A stretch of DNA of 64,000 nucleotides from Camelus ferus (lineage: Eukaryota), in the NCBI RefSeq assembly GCF_009834535.1, contig NC_045696.1, positions 60,080,001 to 60,144,000 on the forward strand, given 5' to 3'. The notes beneath the pieces were generated by a model. It searched no databases. It saw only the letters and a program-made list of their open reading frames with translations, and had not been told where the DNA came from. Positions within the stretch are counted from its first letter, which is position 1, and the number at the start of each line of letters is the position of its first letter. Shown here piece by piece: positions 53,150-64,000 of this stretch. A program made the position numbers and the translations under genes.

Positions 53150-53448
53150 CTAGATCTGCTCTGTCTGGCACTACTGAGTCCTTGAAAAGTGGCCTTGGGC
53201 TGGCCTTTAAGTGTAACATGTGCAGCGGATTCCAAACACACAGTATGAAAAAAATGTAATCCATCTCATTAATAATTCCTAGATTAATAACCTGTTGAAA
53301 TGATAATGTGTTCAATATCAAGTGAAATAAAATTATTAAAATCATTTTCACCTATTTCTCTTTACTTTTTACATTTTACTTAACACTTTTAAAATCTGAA
53401 ATTAATTCTGCAGCTCACGTACTGTTTCTGTTGGACGCTGCTGCTCTA
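53150..53448. mobile_element. MER3/MER33-like hAT element
   Basis: Terminal ctagatctgctctgtc / ttggacgctgctgctcta and the AT-rich core aaataaaattattaaaatcattttcacc. Confidence 0.6.
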
Positions 53449-54255
53449 ACCACTTGGATTCTTCTGCATGACTGCCCTGCGTATCACCTCCAACCTCACT
53501 CACGGGGCCATCAACCATTAAGTCTAGGAAAAAAACCCTCAAAGATGATCTGGTCCGAAACTCTCATTTTATAGGTGTGGACACAGAAACCCCAGAAAGG
53601 AGAAATGATTTAGCAAACCCAGCCTCACAGCAAAAGATAGTAGGAATTGAAAGCATTTCTCATCACTAACTTTGTGGCTGGCTGAGAGACTGACAGGGGT
53701 ATTTCATTCATCACTGATCTTTTAATTCATTACATACAATTTCAAATATAAAATTATTTAACATATAAAGTTAGTATTGACCCCAACTGGTGGGAAAGAA
53801 CTAAGCAACTGAATTTGCAACAACACATGCAAACTAGGAAATCACTCTCAGACAGAAAAGATTTGAATATTTAATATCTATTTTCTAGTTCTGCTCTCCC
53901 ATGAGCACACATTTTTGGAAAACACTGGCCTTGGATCCTTTCTAGCAGCAGACAAGGCATATTTAAGCTACTGTAGGAAGGAAACATAAGGCTGGGACTC
54001 CCTTCTTGGCCTGGGGCAAGTCCAGAAGCAGCAGTCCACGTGCTGGACTGACTTCTCTGATTTCCCACAGCAGAGAGGCCCTGCCCGAGACTAATAAGGG
54101 TGGGAATGGGACGGCCTGACCCAGAAGACAAACACAGGCAGGTTTTCTGTGTCTTTGAGAAACAGGCCCGAGACTTGGGGCACTGGACAGATTCTGAATG
54201 TGGTCAAGGTTTGTATCTCAGTTATTGAATAACAGAGCAAGACTTTTCTACTCAC

Positions 54256-54293
54256 TGTCTTTACAGCCGACTCCGCTGTAGCCAAATGCACAC
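54256..54293 (-). CDS. MUC13: MUC13 38-nt exon (CAFGYSGVGCKD), phase 2 to 1
   Basis: gtttcag acceptor, GTGAGT donor; matches CAFGYSGLDCKD. Confidence 0.9.
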
Positions 54294-54756
54294 CTGAAAC
54301 ACAAGGAGCAGGAAACCGTGGTAAAGAGCCTTGTGGGAGCAGGCCAGACCTCCCACCCAACCTCCGTATGGTCCTTGCATCTCTTTCTTTATCCTCCCTG
54401 TTCCATCTTCTTTTCGTCATTTCTTTCTTACCCTCCCCATCTTCCTGGCTAAACCTGGAAGGTTGAGGGGGGCACACAATCCCACATGCTTCCATTTGCT
54501 ACCATGAATGCTCATGCTGTGAGCACCAGGAGGATTCAGCAATTCAGGGGAGGCTGAGCCTGAGAGGCACGGAGCATAGCAGGACCCCCTCGGGCTGTGG
54601 GCCTACCTGGCCCTGCTGAATATTTGCTGCCCGGTGAGGTGGGGCACGTTATTTATATTCTTTGAGCTTTGGGTTCCTCACCTGAAAATGGGGACAGTGC
54701 TGTTGTGTGAGAAGAATTACCTAGTGTGGTTCCTAGCACACAGAGGATGTTCAAAA

Positions 54757-55050
54757 GCTGCTGCTGCTGCTGCTGATGGTGATGATGGTGGTAGTGGTGA
54801 TGGTGGTGATGATGGTGATGATGGTGGTGTAGCGGTGATTGTGATGGTGATGGTGATGGTGATGATGGTGGTGATGCTGGTGATGATGGTGGTGTAATGG
54901 TGGTGGTGATGGTGGTCGTGGTGATGGTGATATTGGTGGTGGTGGTCATAGTGGTGGCAGTGAGAGGGGTGGTGTTGGGTGGTTGGTGGTGGTGGTGGTA
55001 ATGACTGATGGTTATGATGACGATAGTGATGATGACAGTCATGGTCAGTG
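54757..55050. repeat. Degenerate trinucleotide tract (GCT)n then (TGG/TGA)n in a MUC13 intron
   Basis: Directly visible; produces spurious poly-His/Thr/Val ORFs. Confidence 0.9.
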
Positions 55051-55180
55051 ATGCTCTGTACCTACCAGCTTTTGGCAGGAGCCAACATCCCTGACCCTAA
55101 ACTCATACATCTGTTACAAGCTCTATCCTTTTCGCTCAGCCTCAGCTACGGCAAGATGAAAAAGCAGTGTCTTCTCTTAC

Positions 55181-55311
55181 GGTTGACAGGCCCCGTGACT
55201 GTCCTCCGCGGTAGCCCGGCAGGCACACGCAGTCCGCGCTCGTGCTGCTCCTCACTAAACATTGCCGCTTGTTCTCTGCGTTGCAGGTGTCATCGCAGGT
55301 TGGACCGAAGG
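55181..55311 (-). CDS. MUC13: MUC13 EGF-like exon (AFGPTCDDTCNAENKRQCLVRSSTSADCVCLPGY/+1 shift/EDSHGACQP), 131 nt, frameshifted
   Basis: ttttgcag acceptor, GTAAGA donor. Flanking phases require 130 nt; deleting one base at 55207-55210 restores YREDSHGACQP (human YQEDANGNCQK, recalled). Confidence 0.88.
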
Positions 55312-55640
55312 CTGCAAAACAGAGTGATTTCTGGGTAATTTTCAGACACAACCTCCTCCTATCCAAAGTGACATGTCACAGAATACAGTGTTTTTCACAT
55401 TGCTCTTTCTAGGTAAAAGGAAGTGCTCAGTGGTCTGCACGTAATGTGCCCCCTGTGAAGCTGCACAAGGCTCTCCTCACCGGCTCTCAGCCAAGGCCCC
55501 ACCCAGGTCCGTAGGTCTACAGCCAACATTCCCACTCCTTAGACTCTGAAATGCACATGGGAACTTGAGCAGGACAGTCTGTATTTTGAAAATGTATAAG
55601 GAGAGAGGAGAGGGACATTTAGAACCAAGGGAGCCCTTAC

Positions 55641-55766
55641 CGACACACATGGGGATCTGCGGGTTGGGCCTCACCAGCCCCTGTTTGCACTGACACAGTA
55701 AACCACTGGAGCAGTTGTCCTGGTCATTCTTCTTCTCACAACCATAGTAGTCACACCGGTCTTGCT
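55641..55766 (-). CDS. MUC13: MUC13 EGF-like exon (EQDRCDYYGCEKKNDQDNCSSGLLCQCKQGLVRPNPQIPMCV), 126 nt, phase 1 to 1
   Basis: tctcag acceptor, G|GTAAGG donor, six cysteines, CDYYGC and RPNPQ motifs. Confidence 0.92.
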
Positions 55767-58589
55767 CTGAGAGGCACACAGAATTCAAAGATGAATTAGG
55801 AAGACAGTATGGATAAGGTGACTTGTAAAGCACTCACTCAATTGTTGTGGTAATTGCTTTTTAATAGGTTTGGAATTTAACAAATAAAGACCTGAGACTC
55901 TAAAATTCAAGTCCCCTAATCATTTCTTCTATATCTATATCCTATATTACTCAATTCAAATTAATTCAATCCAATGCAGTACAGTTATGTTCAATTTCAA
56001 GACCTCTTTTGCACCTGGCTCTTTGCTGGATTCCACAGGGGACACAGTAGCTGTGTAAGTTTCAGGCCCCATCTTTGTAGAGTTACATGACTGTCACATC
56101 CAGCAGCAGCCTTAGGAACAGTGGGAACTCAGGGGCTCGGGTAGCTAAAGGTCACATTGTGGAGGAGGTGGGTACTGGGCCAAGTGCTGAAAGATGGGGA
56201 AGATATGAACAGTCAAAGGAGAGACAAAATCTGTCGAAGTGCAGTAAGTGAGGCATGAAAAGAAGTGAAGGATTGTTGTCCGGGAGTGACGGAGTTGTAC
56301 GTGGGCAGAAGAGAGGCAGAGAGGTGAGGAGGGAACGTCAGGATTTCTCAGCTCTGCCGTTGATTGGCTGTGGGCTTCCTGTTCAATTATTTCATTGGTG
56401 GTGGGTCCACGTTCCCTCCATCTATGAACTAAGGCTAATGATTCTTGTTTCGTGTGATTGTTGCGAGAATTGAATGAGATCATGGAAATGCAAGTGTCCA
56501 CTCAGCAAATAATCGTTGTTTTGTTCATTCACAGGTAGAGCAGGGTTTGAACACAAGGCTAAGGACATTGATGTTTATCATATAAGCCTGAAAATCATTG
56601 GTCGATTTTGACCAGAAGCATGGCAGGAGGAAGCAATCTGGTAAGTACGTTAGTCTAGAAGCAGAGCGGAAGGCATTAGGGATAAATGGGGGAATGTGAG
56701 GATGGATGATGGGGAGGGGATAGGAGCAGGTAGAGCAGATACGTGCTCACTCTCTTCTAAACACCCCAAATCCATACCTGACCTTCCTTCATCACCTGCC
56801 CTTTCAAAATGCCTCCAATTAAAAGCTTAGAGAAAGAGATTCTATAGCTTTTGACACAGAAGAATCTGTCTTTGCAGCAGGAGCAAGAGAGCATGAGAAG
56901 CTGTTTTTCTCCAGAAGTTTGGCACTCTCACGTCCATTTGCTGGGCGGTTCATGCTCCTGTGGCCACCTCGAGCTGGCAGCATGTGGTATTTGCTAATGT
57001 ATCTCAGAGTACGTGACTGGTCTCAGAGTGGGGAGATGCTGAGAGCAGCTGGTAAAGAAGAGCATTTCTCAGTCTGAGGCTGAACGGTTTCAAGTTGGCC
57101 AGAGCTCAGAGCCAAGTAGAACCAAATGAGAGCACGGCAAAGGGTACTCAACTATGTCCTGAAGGGTACAATGGTTATTTTCATCTAGTACCCACTCTGA
57201 GCGGTCAGTCCCCATGCTGATGGGAACCCTCAACTTCCTCGCACTTGCTGGAGATCTCATCTAGCCCAAAGCAGAGCGTAGGATAAGGTTCTGTCTTGCC
57301 CTGCTGACAATTTCACCTTCCGGGGGAGAGGTTCTGACTGCATGAATTGCTACCCTCAGCCAAATTCTGACCCCAAGGAGAAATTTATCGGCAGGCAGAA
57401 GTGATGGGTCTCCCGGAAGACAAGGATCACGTGACAGCCAGAAAGAGGAGTGTGACTTAGAGTAAATGTTGACATGTTCAGAAAGGACAAGGTGTAGGTC
57501 CACGGCATGAGACTCTGGAAGATGAAAGTAGAAGAGAAGGTAAGAAGCTCTGAAAATGTGATTGTAATTGTGCAGCTGCAAGTGATCCCAATAGATGTAG
57601 AAAAAAAATACAGTGGGAGAGTGTCTGTAACTTAAGAAACTGGCATGGTTCGCACAGAAGCTCTCAGATGAGAGACAGAAACAAAATATGAAAAGAAGGT
57701 CCTGGAACCAAAGATGGAATATTAAACATGTGACACAGTCTAGAGTCCCAAATGAGTTCAAGTTTGCCACAAGCAAAACCCAAAACAACAGCAAGAGTCC
57801 AATGACACAGAGCAAAGGGTTAAACATGAAAAATGGGTAAATCAGTGAAGGGGTGTGTGTCTCTTCCACCAGGAAGTAATACTTGGATGGAAAAGAGTTG
57901 AATGGACATGGCTAAGGGAACTGAAGTCCCCGGAAAGAACACAGAGCAGAGCAGCCCCCATCATTCCTGACAAAAGTTTAAGTATTTTATTCCAGAGCAT
58001 TTATATTCCAGGTCCTGAGAGAACAGTGAGAATCTTTGTGGAATCTTGAAAAAAAGATAAAAGAGAGAGAGAGAGAGAAGGTGCCGGAAAACGATCAATG
58101 ACCAGGATTTCTTTATATTTTCAAAAAGAGAAATAAATTTTGCAAACTAGGCCATGGAGGTTCCAAACATCAAAAAGCAAACATTCAAGAGACGAAAAGA
58201 GGAGTCTTGGAAGGATCAAAAATGAAGATGAGGGAGGCGGGCAGGGGTCAAGGGAAGGTGGGGGGAGGCCCAGAGAGAAAAGGACTTCAGGACGGGTAGG
58301 GAGCAGTGTCAGAGGCTACAGAGAAGTCAGAGAAATTGTTCCTCAGCAGAAGCCTTTGGATTTGGTTGCCACAGGGAGAACCAGTTATAAAGAACTTCCC
58401 GCAGGCCAGCCGGCCCTAACAGCTCCCTCTGAGGGGAGGACCTCCTGAGGACGGCTGTGCTGGTTGCAGTCATAGTACCAGTTTACTCCTGCCTTCCTAT
58501 CTACTCCCCTAGCAGCACCGGGCACACTGTGTTTGGTCATGTGAACTGAGGACAGTTGTAAATCTAACATAAGCAGAAAGTGAGAAACA

Positions 58590-58915
58590 CCTGTGTATTG
58601 AAACTTGCCCTCTTGCTGCTCTTGAAACTCTTTGGGACTAACCTGCTGGGGGATGAGAGACCACGTGGAGCAGGGACTAACCGTCCCGCTGAATCATCTG
58701 AGATCAACTGGTCCCCAGGAGGCCCACCCAGCAGCTAACGGCAGATGCCTAAGTGAGCCCAGCAGAGAGCAGCCAAGCTCCACCTAGGTCAGCAGAAGTG
58801 CCCAGCTGAGCTCAGCCCACATTCTGACCCAGAGAATCACGGTGCGGTAATAAATAAATGGTGGTTGTTTTAGGCCACTAAGTTTGGGGTGTTTGTAACA
58901 CAGCAGAAATGAACA
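58590..58915 (+). mobile_element. MLT1-type (ERVL-MaLR) LTR, 3' part
   Basis: aataaatggtggttgttttaggccactaagtttggggtgtttgtaacacagca terminus. Confidence 0.75.
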
Positions 58916-59329
58916 GTCACAGCTCTGCTGTGGGCTTGTGTGTCTGCCTAGAGGAGAGCCAGTATAAGTAAAACTTTCTGTGAGCATTTGGAAAGCTCTA
59001 ACTTGGTAGAGAGCCCTCTTTTTTCTCCTTCTTCATCTTTCCATGTCCAGAGGCTATTTGTCCAAGACTACCTTCCAAGCAGAGGGACAAACTAGTCCAT
59101 TTTTTGACTTAGGAGACGGTTAGGAAGGAGCAGAAGCCACGTGAGAGAGGAAAGGGAGGGAGGAAGAAAGGACGGTGCAAAGGAAACTCGTCTGTGGACG
59201 TCAAAGGACAGATGTCTGTGGATTCAATTACCCAGTTCTTCTGGCCCCCTTCACACAAATAATAGCAAAGTTTATGAAAACCTAGATAGGTCTTCAGGTA
59301 AATGTGGAATAAAATTATTTGATACTTAC

Positions 59330-59490
59330 CAGTATATCCTGTAAAGACATCTGCATTGTCTTCAATTGCTTTTGTAATTGCATTAGATACTGTAGTCTCA
59401 TTTAGTTCTGTAGTTTCCTTAAAGATGTTTACTACTTCTACGTCAACATCCTTGTCACCAGCACGCAATTCAGATCTTGCTGCAGATGTC
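59330..59490 (-). CDS. MUC13: MUC13 SEA-domain exon (TSAARSELRAGDKDVDVEVVNIFKETTELNETTVSNAITKAIEDNADVFTGYT), 161 nt, phase 2 to 1
   Basis: AG acceptor (in-frame alternative 6 nt upstream, exon start 59496), G|GTAAGT donor; RSELRAGDK matches MUC13 RSEMRADDK; overlaps ORF 59109..59468. Confidence 0.88.
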
Positions 59491-62400
59491 CTAAGACTGA
59501 AATGAAATCATTACTTGATGAATTGAACTTAAGCTTCAACAAATAGGTCTTCAGACCTCCCAGACTCTCAAATCTCCCAGCACTAGTCCCGACCCACTGT
59601 TCTAAATCCACAGTTGAGGCCCACATAGGGAGACCTGGGGTTGCAGTAAGATGGCAGTTCATAGCCCAGAGATCTCTATTCGATGTGCATTCAGAGGAAA
59701 TCTATGGCTACAATAAGGTCCTGCTGGAAGGTACGTAAAAACATTGTGGACAAACTTGTTTAGCATCTAGGAGCCCGGAGTGAACCAGAAGTAGAAGTTG
59801 CATCTGAAATAGGCAAAGTGTCACTTTCTGCAGAAAATCAGGAGTACATTTCTTAACAACCTGTAAAATCTCAGACTTGTGCTTTGAGAGAGACAGATGG
59901 GTGTGTGTTCCTCCCTGCGCACAGAGAGAGCAGTAATCCACCACACAGAGTCTGGGTCATTCCCAGAAAAGGCCCAGGAAGCCAGCAGGCAGTTCAAAGT
60001 GCATGCAGATTGGGCCTGGGCACATAGGACCCAGAGAAGAACTGATCCCAAGGAGGGTGGGGCTGGGGGAAGCATCAGCATACAGCCCCACATCACATCC
60101 CCAGACACTAAGTCCTCCTATGACCAGGACATCGTAAGGGCCTCTCTCTCGAATCAGCGCTGCAATTTGGGGCCCTAAGAACAGCTGTGCCAAGTTCTGT
60201 TTCATTATCCAAAAGGAATCAAGTCACACAACCACTGAGAGAGAGAGAGAGAGAAACGACTGTTAAAACCTGCTTCCCTCTCTGATTAGTGTCCGTGTTT
60301 TTTTTTAAGACTCAGGATCTATTTTTCCTGTCTAATTATTTTCCTGTATTCTCTTTTGACATCTGAATAAACACAGAAGCTTGAAAACATAGCCAGCCTG
60401 CTTGGGAAATGTTCACCGCCATGTGGGTTCTGCAGAACAATCAAGAAAAACCGAACATGAACCAAATTCTGCTTTTTAGGAATCATCCCATAAAAAGGGA
60501 TTCCAAAACGAAAAATGGGCTTCCAATTCTAATTAAAAGTTTCCTACAGTAATTTGCTCATAGTAGGATTTGAAGGCGGGAGTGGAAGGAACAGGGCAGT
60601 GAGAAAGGGGTACTTGACACAAGCAATTCTTTATCGGTTGAAAGATGCCCAGAGATCCACGGTGTAACTCTGCAGTGGGGCTAGGGAAGAAGTGCCGTCC
60701 ATTATTCATTGATTCAGAGAACCTACTAGCACACACCCCAAGTCAGGAGGCAAGACGTCACACTCACAGAACATTTACAGGAAACACTGGAGCAGCCGCG
60801 CACTTAAGCGACAAGAGGTGCAGAATGCAGGACTACAGCGCGGCTTGCAGTTAAGCACCCAGGGATCGAGACCCAGGATGGACAGGACACCGTCTTCTGT
60901 GGCCCAAGACCAGTCCCAGCTTCCCTGAACCTGAGTGTCCTCCTCTGTCCAAACAGAGCTTCGAGTGTTTGAGAAACTCTGAGGATCCTTCTCATTCCAA
61001 CATTTAGGCAGGAAATAAAAAGATCTTGGGGAATCAGAGGCAAGGGCACTGGTCTGGAGTCTAAGAAATGCCTTTGAAAGTGAAACCAAGGTCCACGTGC
61101 CGGGCAGGGCCCCTGAGCTGAAGGGAGTCACTCCTCCCCAGGACACTGAGCTCACAGGTGAGGGGTTGCCTCCAAACACCGCTGGCTCCCTTTCAGTAAC
61201 TTCTTAGGAATGACGGGAGTGCCAGAGTGTCAGGGAACCCCCAGATGACCTTGTGGGGCCAGCTCTCCCTCACACTTGCAGGGTCTGTTATTCTGGACAG
61301 GAAACAGACGGGAACTAACGTGTTGAAACTGACTCTGTTCCAGGCACTTTGCACAGGGAATCTTCCCAAGGGTATCTCATTTGCTCCTCCCGGGGTTTCA
61401 AAAGTTGATTGGATTATCCCAGTTGTACAGATGAAGTAATAAAAATTTAGAGAGGTTAAATCACCTGCCTAGTCACACAGCAAGTGGTGCCAAGGCCAGG
61501 ATTCGAGTGTGGATTTAGCTGACCCCACCACACTGCACTGATCCTGTTTTTATCCAGTCATCCCGATGCACGAACTCCTTGTTTTCCCTTAAGCCAAACC
61601 TAATGCCCTGACAGTTGGTGGCTGTACCTCCAGCTTTGAGCCTCCACATCGGGGCTCAGCTCCCTGCCTGCTGCTTGCCCTGGGCCTCCTATTGGCTGCC
61701 TGCTGTCCTGGCCACCAATCATATGGGACCCTTGTTCACCGCCAAGATCAAAACGCACCAGCTTTAGGAGGTCTTCTCTGAATTTATATATATGAATGTA
61801 TATATTGTACATTTTTCCAGTATGGATTTGACAAAGCTTATAAAGATAGATGAGGTAGTAAAACCATAAAATACAAATACATTAGGGCTGCTTTTTCTGC
61901 ATGACTCCGTTCACCTTAGAGCTGCCTTTCCCCGGCCTGCTGCACTTGTGTGTCAGCAGGCTTCAGAGAAGGCCGAGATGGAATCACTGACTTTTTGAGG
62001 CTCCTCTGCCTCTTTGGGTTCCTTAGTAGCACGTAACCCTGGTCATTGAATATTCATATGCTCACTGAATGCCTGTTCTTCCTGAAGAAAGAGCTCAGGA
62101 CGGGCCCTTCAGTGGCCAGGTGTGTGCCTGGGGAACTCCTCTCTGCTCATTCCCCCCATGAGGGAAGAGACAGCCGTGAGCCACTCATTCTGCTCCTGGC
62201 CCCCTGGAAGGAACATGGTTTGTAGCCAAGGGATCAAACCAAACAAACTGATGACTGGTGATGTCATGTGTGCACACTGCTGTGTCGCCAATCACAGGCA
62301 GCATCTTGCTGTCCCCAGGCTACACCCTGCGCACCCAGGCATGGCTCAGTATGACATCAGAGGCTGGTCCCTCTGCAGTGAGTGCTCTTCCTGACATGTG

Positions 62401-62510
62401 ACTCGCCACCCTAGGGCCTCAGTGCCTCACGGGGAATGCCAGAGAAGATGGGAAGATAGGCATACACACACCTGCTTCCAAAGTTCCCCTTCAGTCCACA
62501 GCAAACTTAC

Positions 62511-62566
62511 CTTATTTTAACAATTACAGTCTGTCCGTAATCAGAATTGTTAAATGCCTTTTTAAA
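62511..62566 (-). CDS. MUC13: MUC13 SEA-domain exon (FKKAFNNSDYGQTVIVKI), 56 nt, phase 0 to 2
   Basis: ttcctccacag acceptor, AG|GTAAGT donor; resembles human FKDVFGTSVYGQTVILTV (recalled). Confidence 0.88.
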
Positions 62567-64000
62567 CTGTGGAGGAAAAGAACAGATTTAATAACTACAA
62601 AGAGGGGGGAAATGTGATACTGTATCTATGTTTTAGCATAAGTCCATTTCTAAACTCATTTATACAAATAATACAGCAAATTATTTATTCTTTACATACG
62701 CTCTAACACCTTTCAGTAAGTTTTGCTTTGAAATAGTAAGATTCTGATATAATTCAGAGCTACCCAGGAAAAAGCAGGAAACCTAAAGCACTCAGTCTAA
62801 TCAATGATCACTCTCTTAAAAATCAGCTGACTAACTTCAGTTTTGTCTTATCAAAGCCACGGTGAAGTTCTGCAAGTCTGTTACACTTACCTGTATGCAA
62901 ACTTCATACACTCATCATTTATCCAGGAACACATAATTGCCTGCCTTCCCAGGGCGTCAGGCCAGGAACACGGAGATGACCAAGGTGGGCAGAACCAGCC
63001 TGAGAGCCAATGGGGGCTACACCATGAACTTGAGTGAGGGGAGCACCACAGAGAGTATGATCTACCCTGGGCGTTCAGAGAAACTCCCTCCAGGCTGCAG
63101 AGAAGCAGAGCGAGCGGCACAAAGGAGAGCAGCCTTCCAGCACTTCAGCGGGTGGTGCGGGGCCAGGGCGCGGAGCGAGCGGCAGCCCGGGCCGGCCTTC
63201 AGAGGTGGCGGGGCTCAGAGCGGAGCGGGCTCAAGTGCCACCTTTCTCCCCCTGTCAGCTTTCTTTGAACCTCGCTGTCTGACTGGGAAGTGTGAGATAG
63301 CAGTAATTTCCACCACCCAAGGCCGCAGGTGTAGACGAGGAGGGGGAGTAAAGGATCGTGGCTTTGTGCGCTGGAAGGGGCTCCAGCACAGGTAGATCTT
63401 GCTAGGCTCGAGTTGTGTCCCAGGAACAGAGACAACTCTAGAAATTTATACAGACGTGGCCAGAGGTAAAGCTGGGACTCTGGCAGGGGTGAGGGGATGG
63501 GGGTCCCAATTAGAACGTAAGTTCTTTGATGACACAAATGAGATTCATTTTCTGTTTCTTAGGACACAACCCCCCTCCCGCCTGCTCACCCCTATCCTCG
63601 TCCCACAGCGCCCAGCACCAGGCAGCCCCCAGGAAATACCCACACCAGCTGACTGATGACTGAGGGAATTAAATGTGAAAGTCATGACCTTGGACGTGTC
63701 TTCTCCTTTTTGGGCCCCAGTCTCCATGTTTATTACATGAGTGTTGAACTGGGTTGGTGCAACTGTTTTAGAATCCAAGAATTTTATTATTTTTCTCCCA
63801 CGGGGGCCCTACATTTTAAAAGATCTTGGCAACCAATGTCACTTAGAAAGATGTTAGAACATTTCTCTTTCATTCTAGTCAAATCCAAATAAATTTGATG
63901 CTCTCCTTATTCTGGGCAGCCTTATATCTGGAATATGTCAGATTCCTTTTCAATTCTTTTAAATATTAGGAAGGGCTGGTATTTCTGTAAACCATCAGGG

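Larger units (their letters stand above)
47830..62566 (-). pseudogene. MUC13: MUC13-type cell-surface mucin, 3' portion (5' exons beyond the window end); frameshift plus premature stop, so a probable pseudogene copy or sequence error
   Basis: Eight GT-AG exons giving SEA, EGF-like, TM and cytoplasmic peptides that match MUC13 as recalled (CDYYGC, RPNPQ, CAFGYSG, EEQNLIENDF, GFSNLGADGNVFPKVR, NPYS...PDY*). Lesions at 55207-55210 and 50401-50403. Confidence 0.8.

Noticed and set aside
54653..55042. Thr/Pro/Ser/His-rich ORF on the MUC13 strand resembling a mucin PTS domain
   Set aside because: It is the translation of a degenerate (ACC/ATC)n simple repeat between two EGF exons. I saw no convincing splice sites, and the true PTS exon lies 5' of the SEA exons, outside the window.
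57261..57869. 202-aa hydrophobic ORF, and other long ORFs such as 267..839 and 46172..46753
   Set aside because: They lie in introns or repeat remnants (L1 5'UTR, L2-like, CR1-like), with no recognisable domain or exon structure.
59600..59630. ccacagttgaggcc resembling the reverse complement of the HEG1 GLNCG exon
   Set aside because: The match is only ~14 nt; the flanks do not encode CPFGLG and there is no donor site.
1..64000. Prokaryote-type systems (CRISPR arrays, operons) or structural RNA genes
   Set aside because: The sequence is mammalian. I saw no regularly spaced repeat array and no rRNA or tRNA gene; the only tRNA-like boxes belong to a SINE.

Overview
Mammalian genomic DNA, most likely camelid (alpaca/camel), judged by the camelid-type tRNA-derived SINE at ~38.45 kb and the L1 3'UTRs. 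About half the window is interspersed repeats. Two spliced gene segments lie on the minus strand. (1) The 3' half of a MUC13-type transmembrane mucin at 62566->~47830: two SEA exons, EGF exons, TM exon, cytoplasmic exon and 3'UTR exon. It carries a +1 frameshift in an EGF exon and a premature TAG in the tail. (2) Only the last three exons of HEG1 at 38958->~28975: TM exon, cytoplasmic tail ending DYF*, and a ~5 kb 3'UTR. The tail has an unusual number of substitutions. From recall, the usual mammalian order is HEG1->MUC13->ITGB5, so MUC13 lying directly upstream of HEG1's terminal exons points to a tandem segmental duplication (a decaying MUC13 copy plus an orphan HEG1 3' module), a MUC13 copy nested in a HEG1 intron, or a mis-assembly. 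Exon phases would allow an in-frame MUC13-ectodomain/HEG1-tail chimera. The left half is intergenic: an internally deleted L1, and a Cheshire/MER58-type DNA transposon split by an L1 whose ORF2 middle was replaced by a ~1.27 kb copy of nearby DNA with a near-identical core. Comparisons to human/mouse proteins and repeat families are from memory, not database searches.
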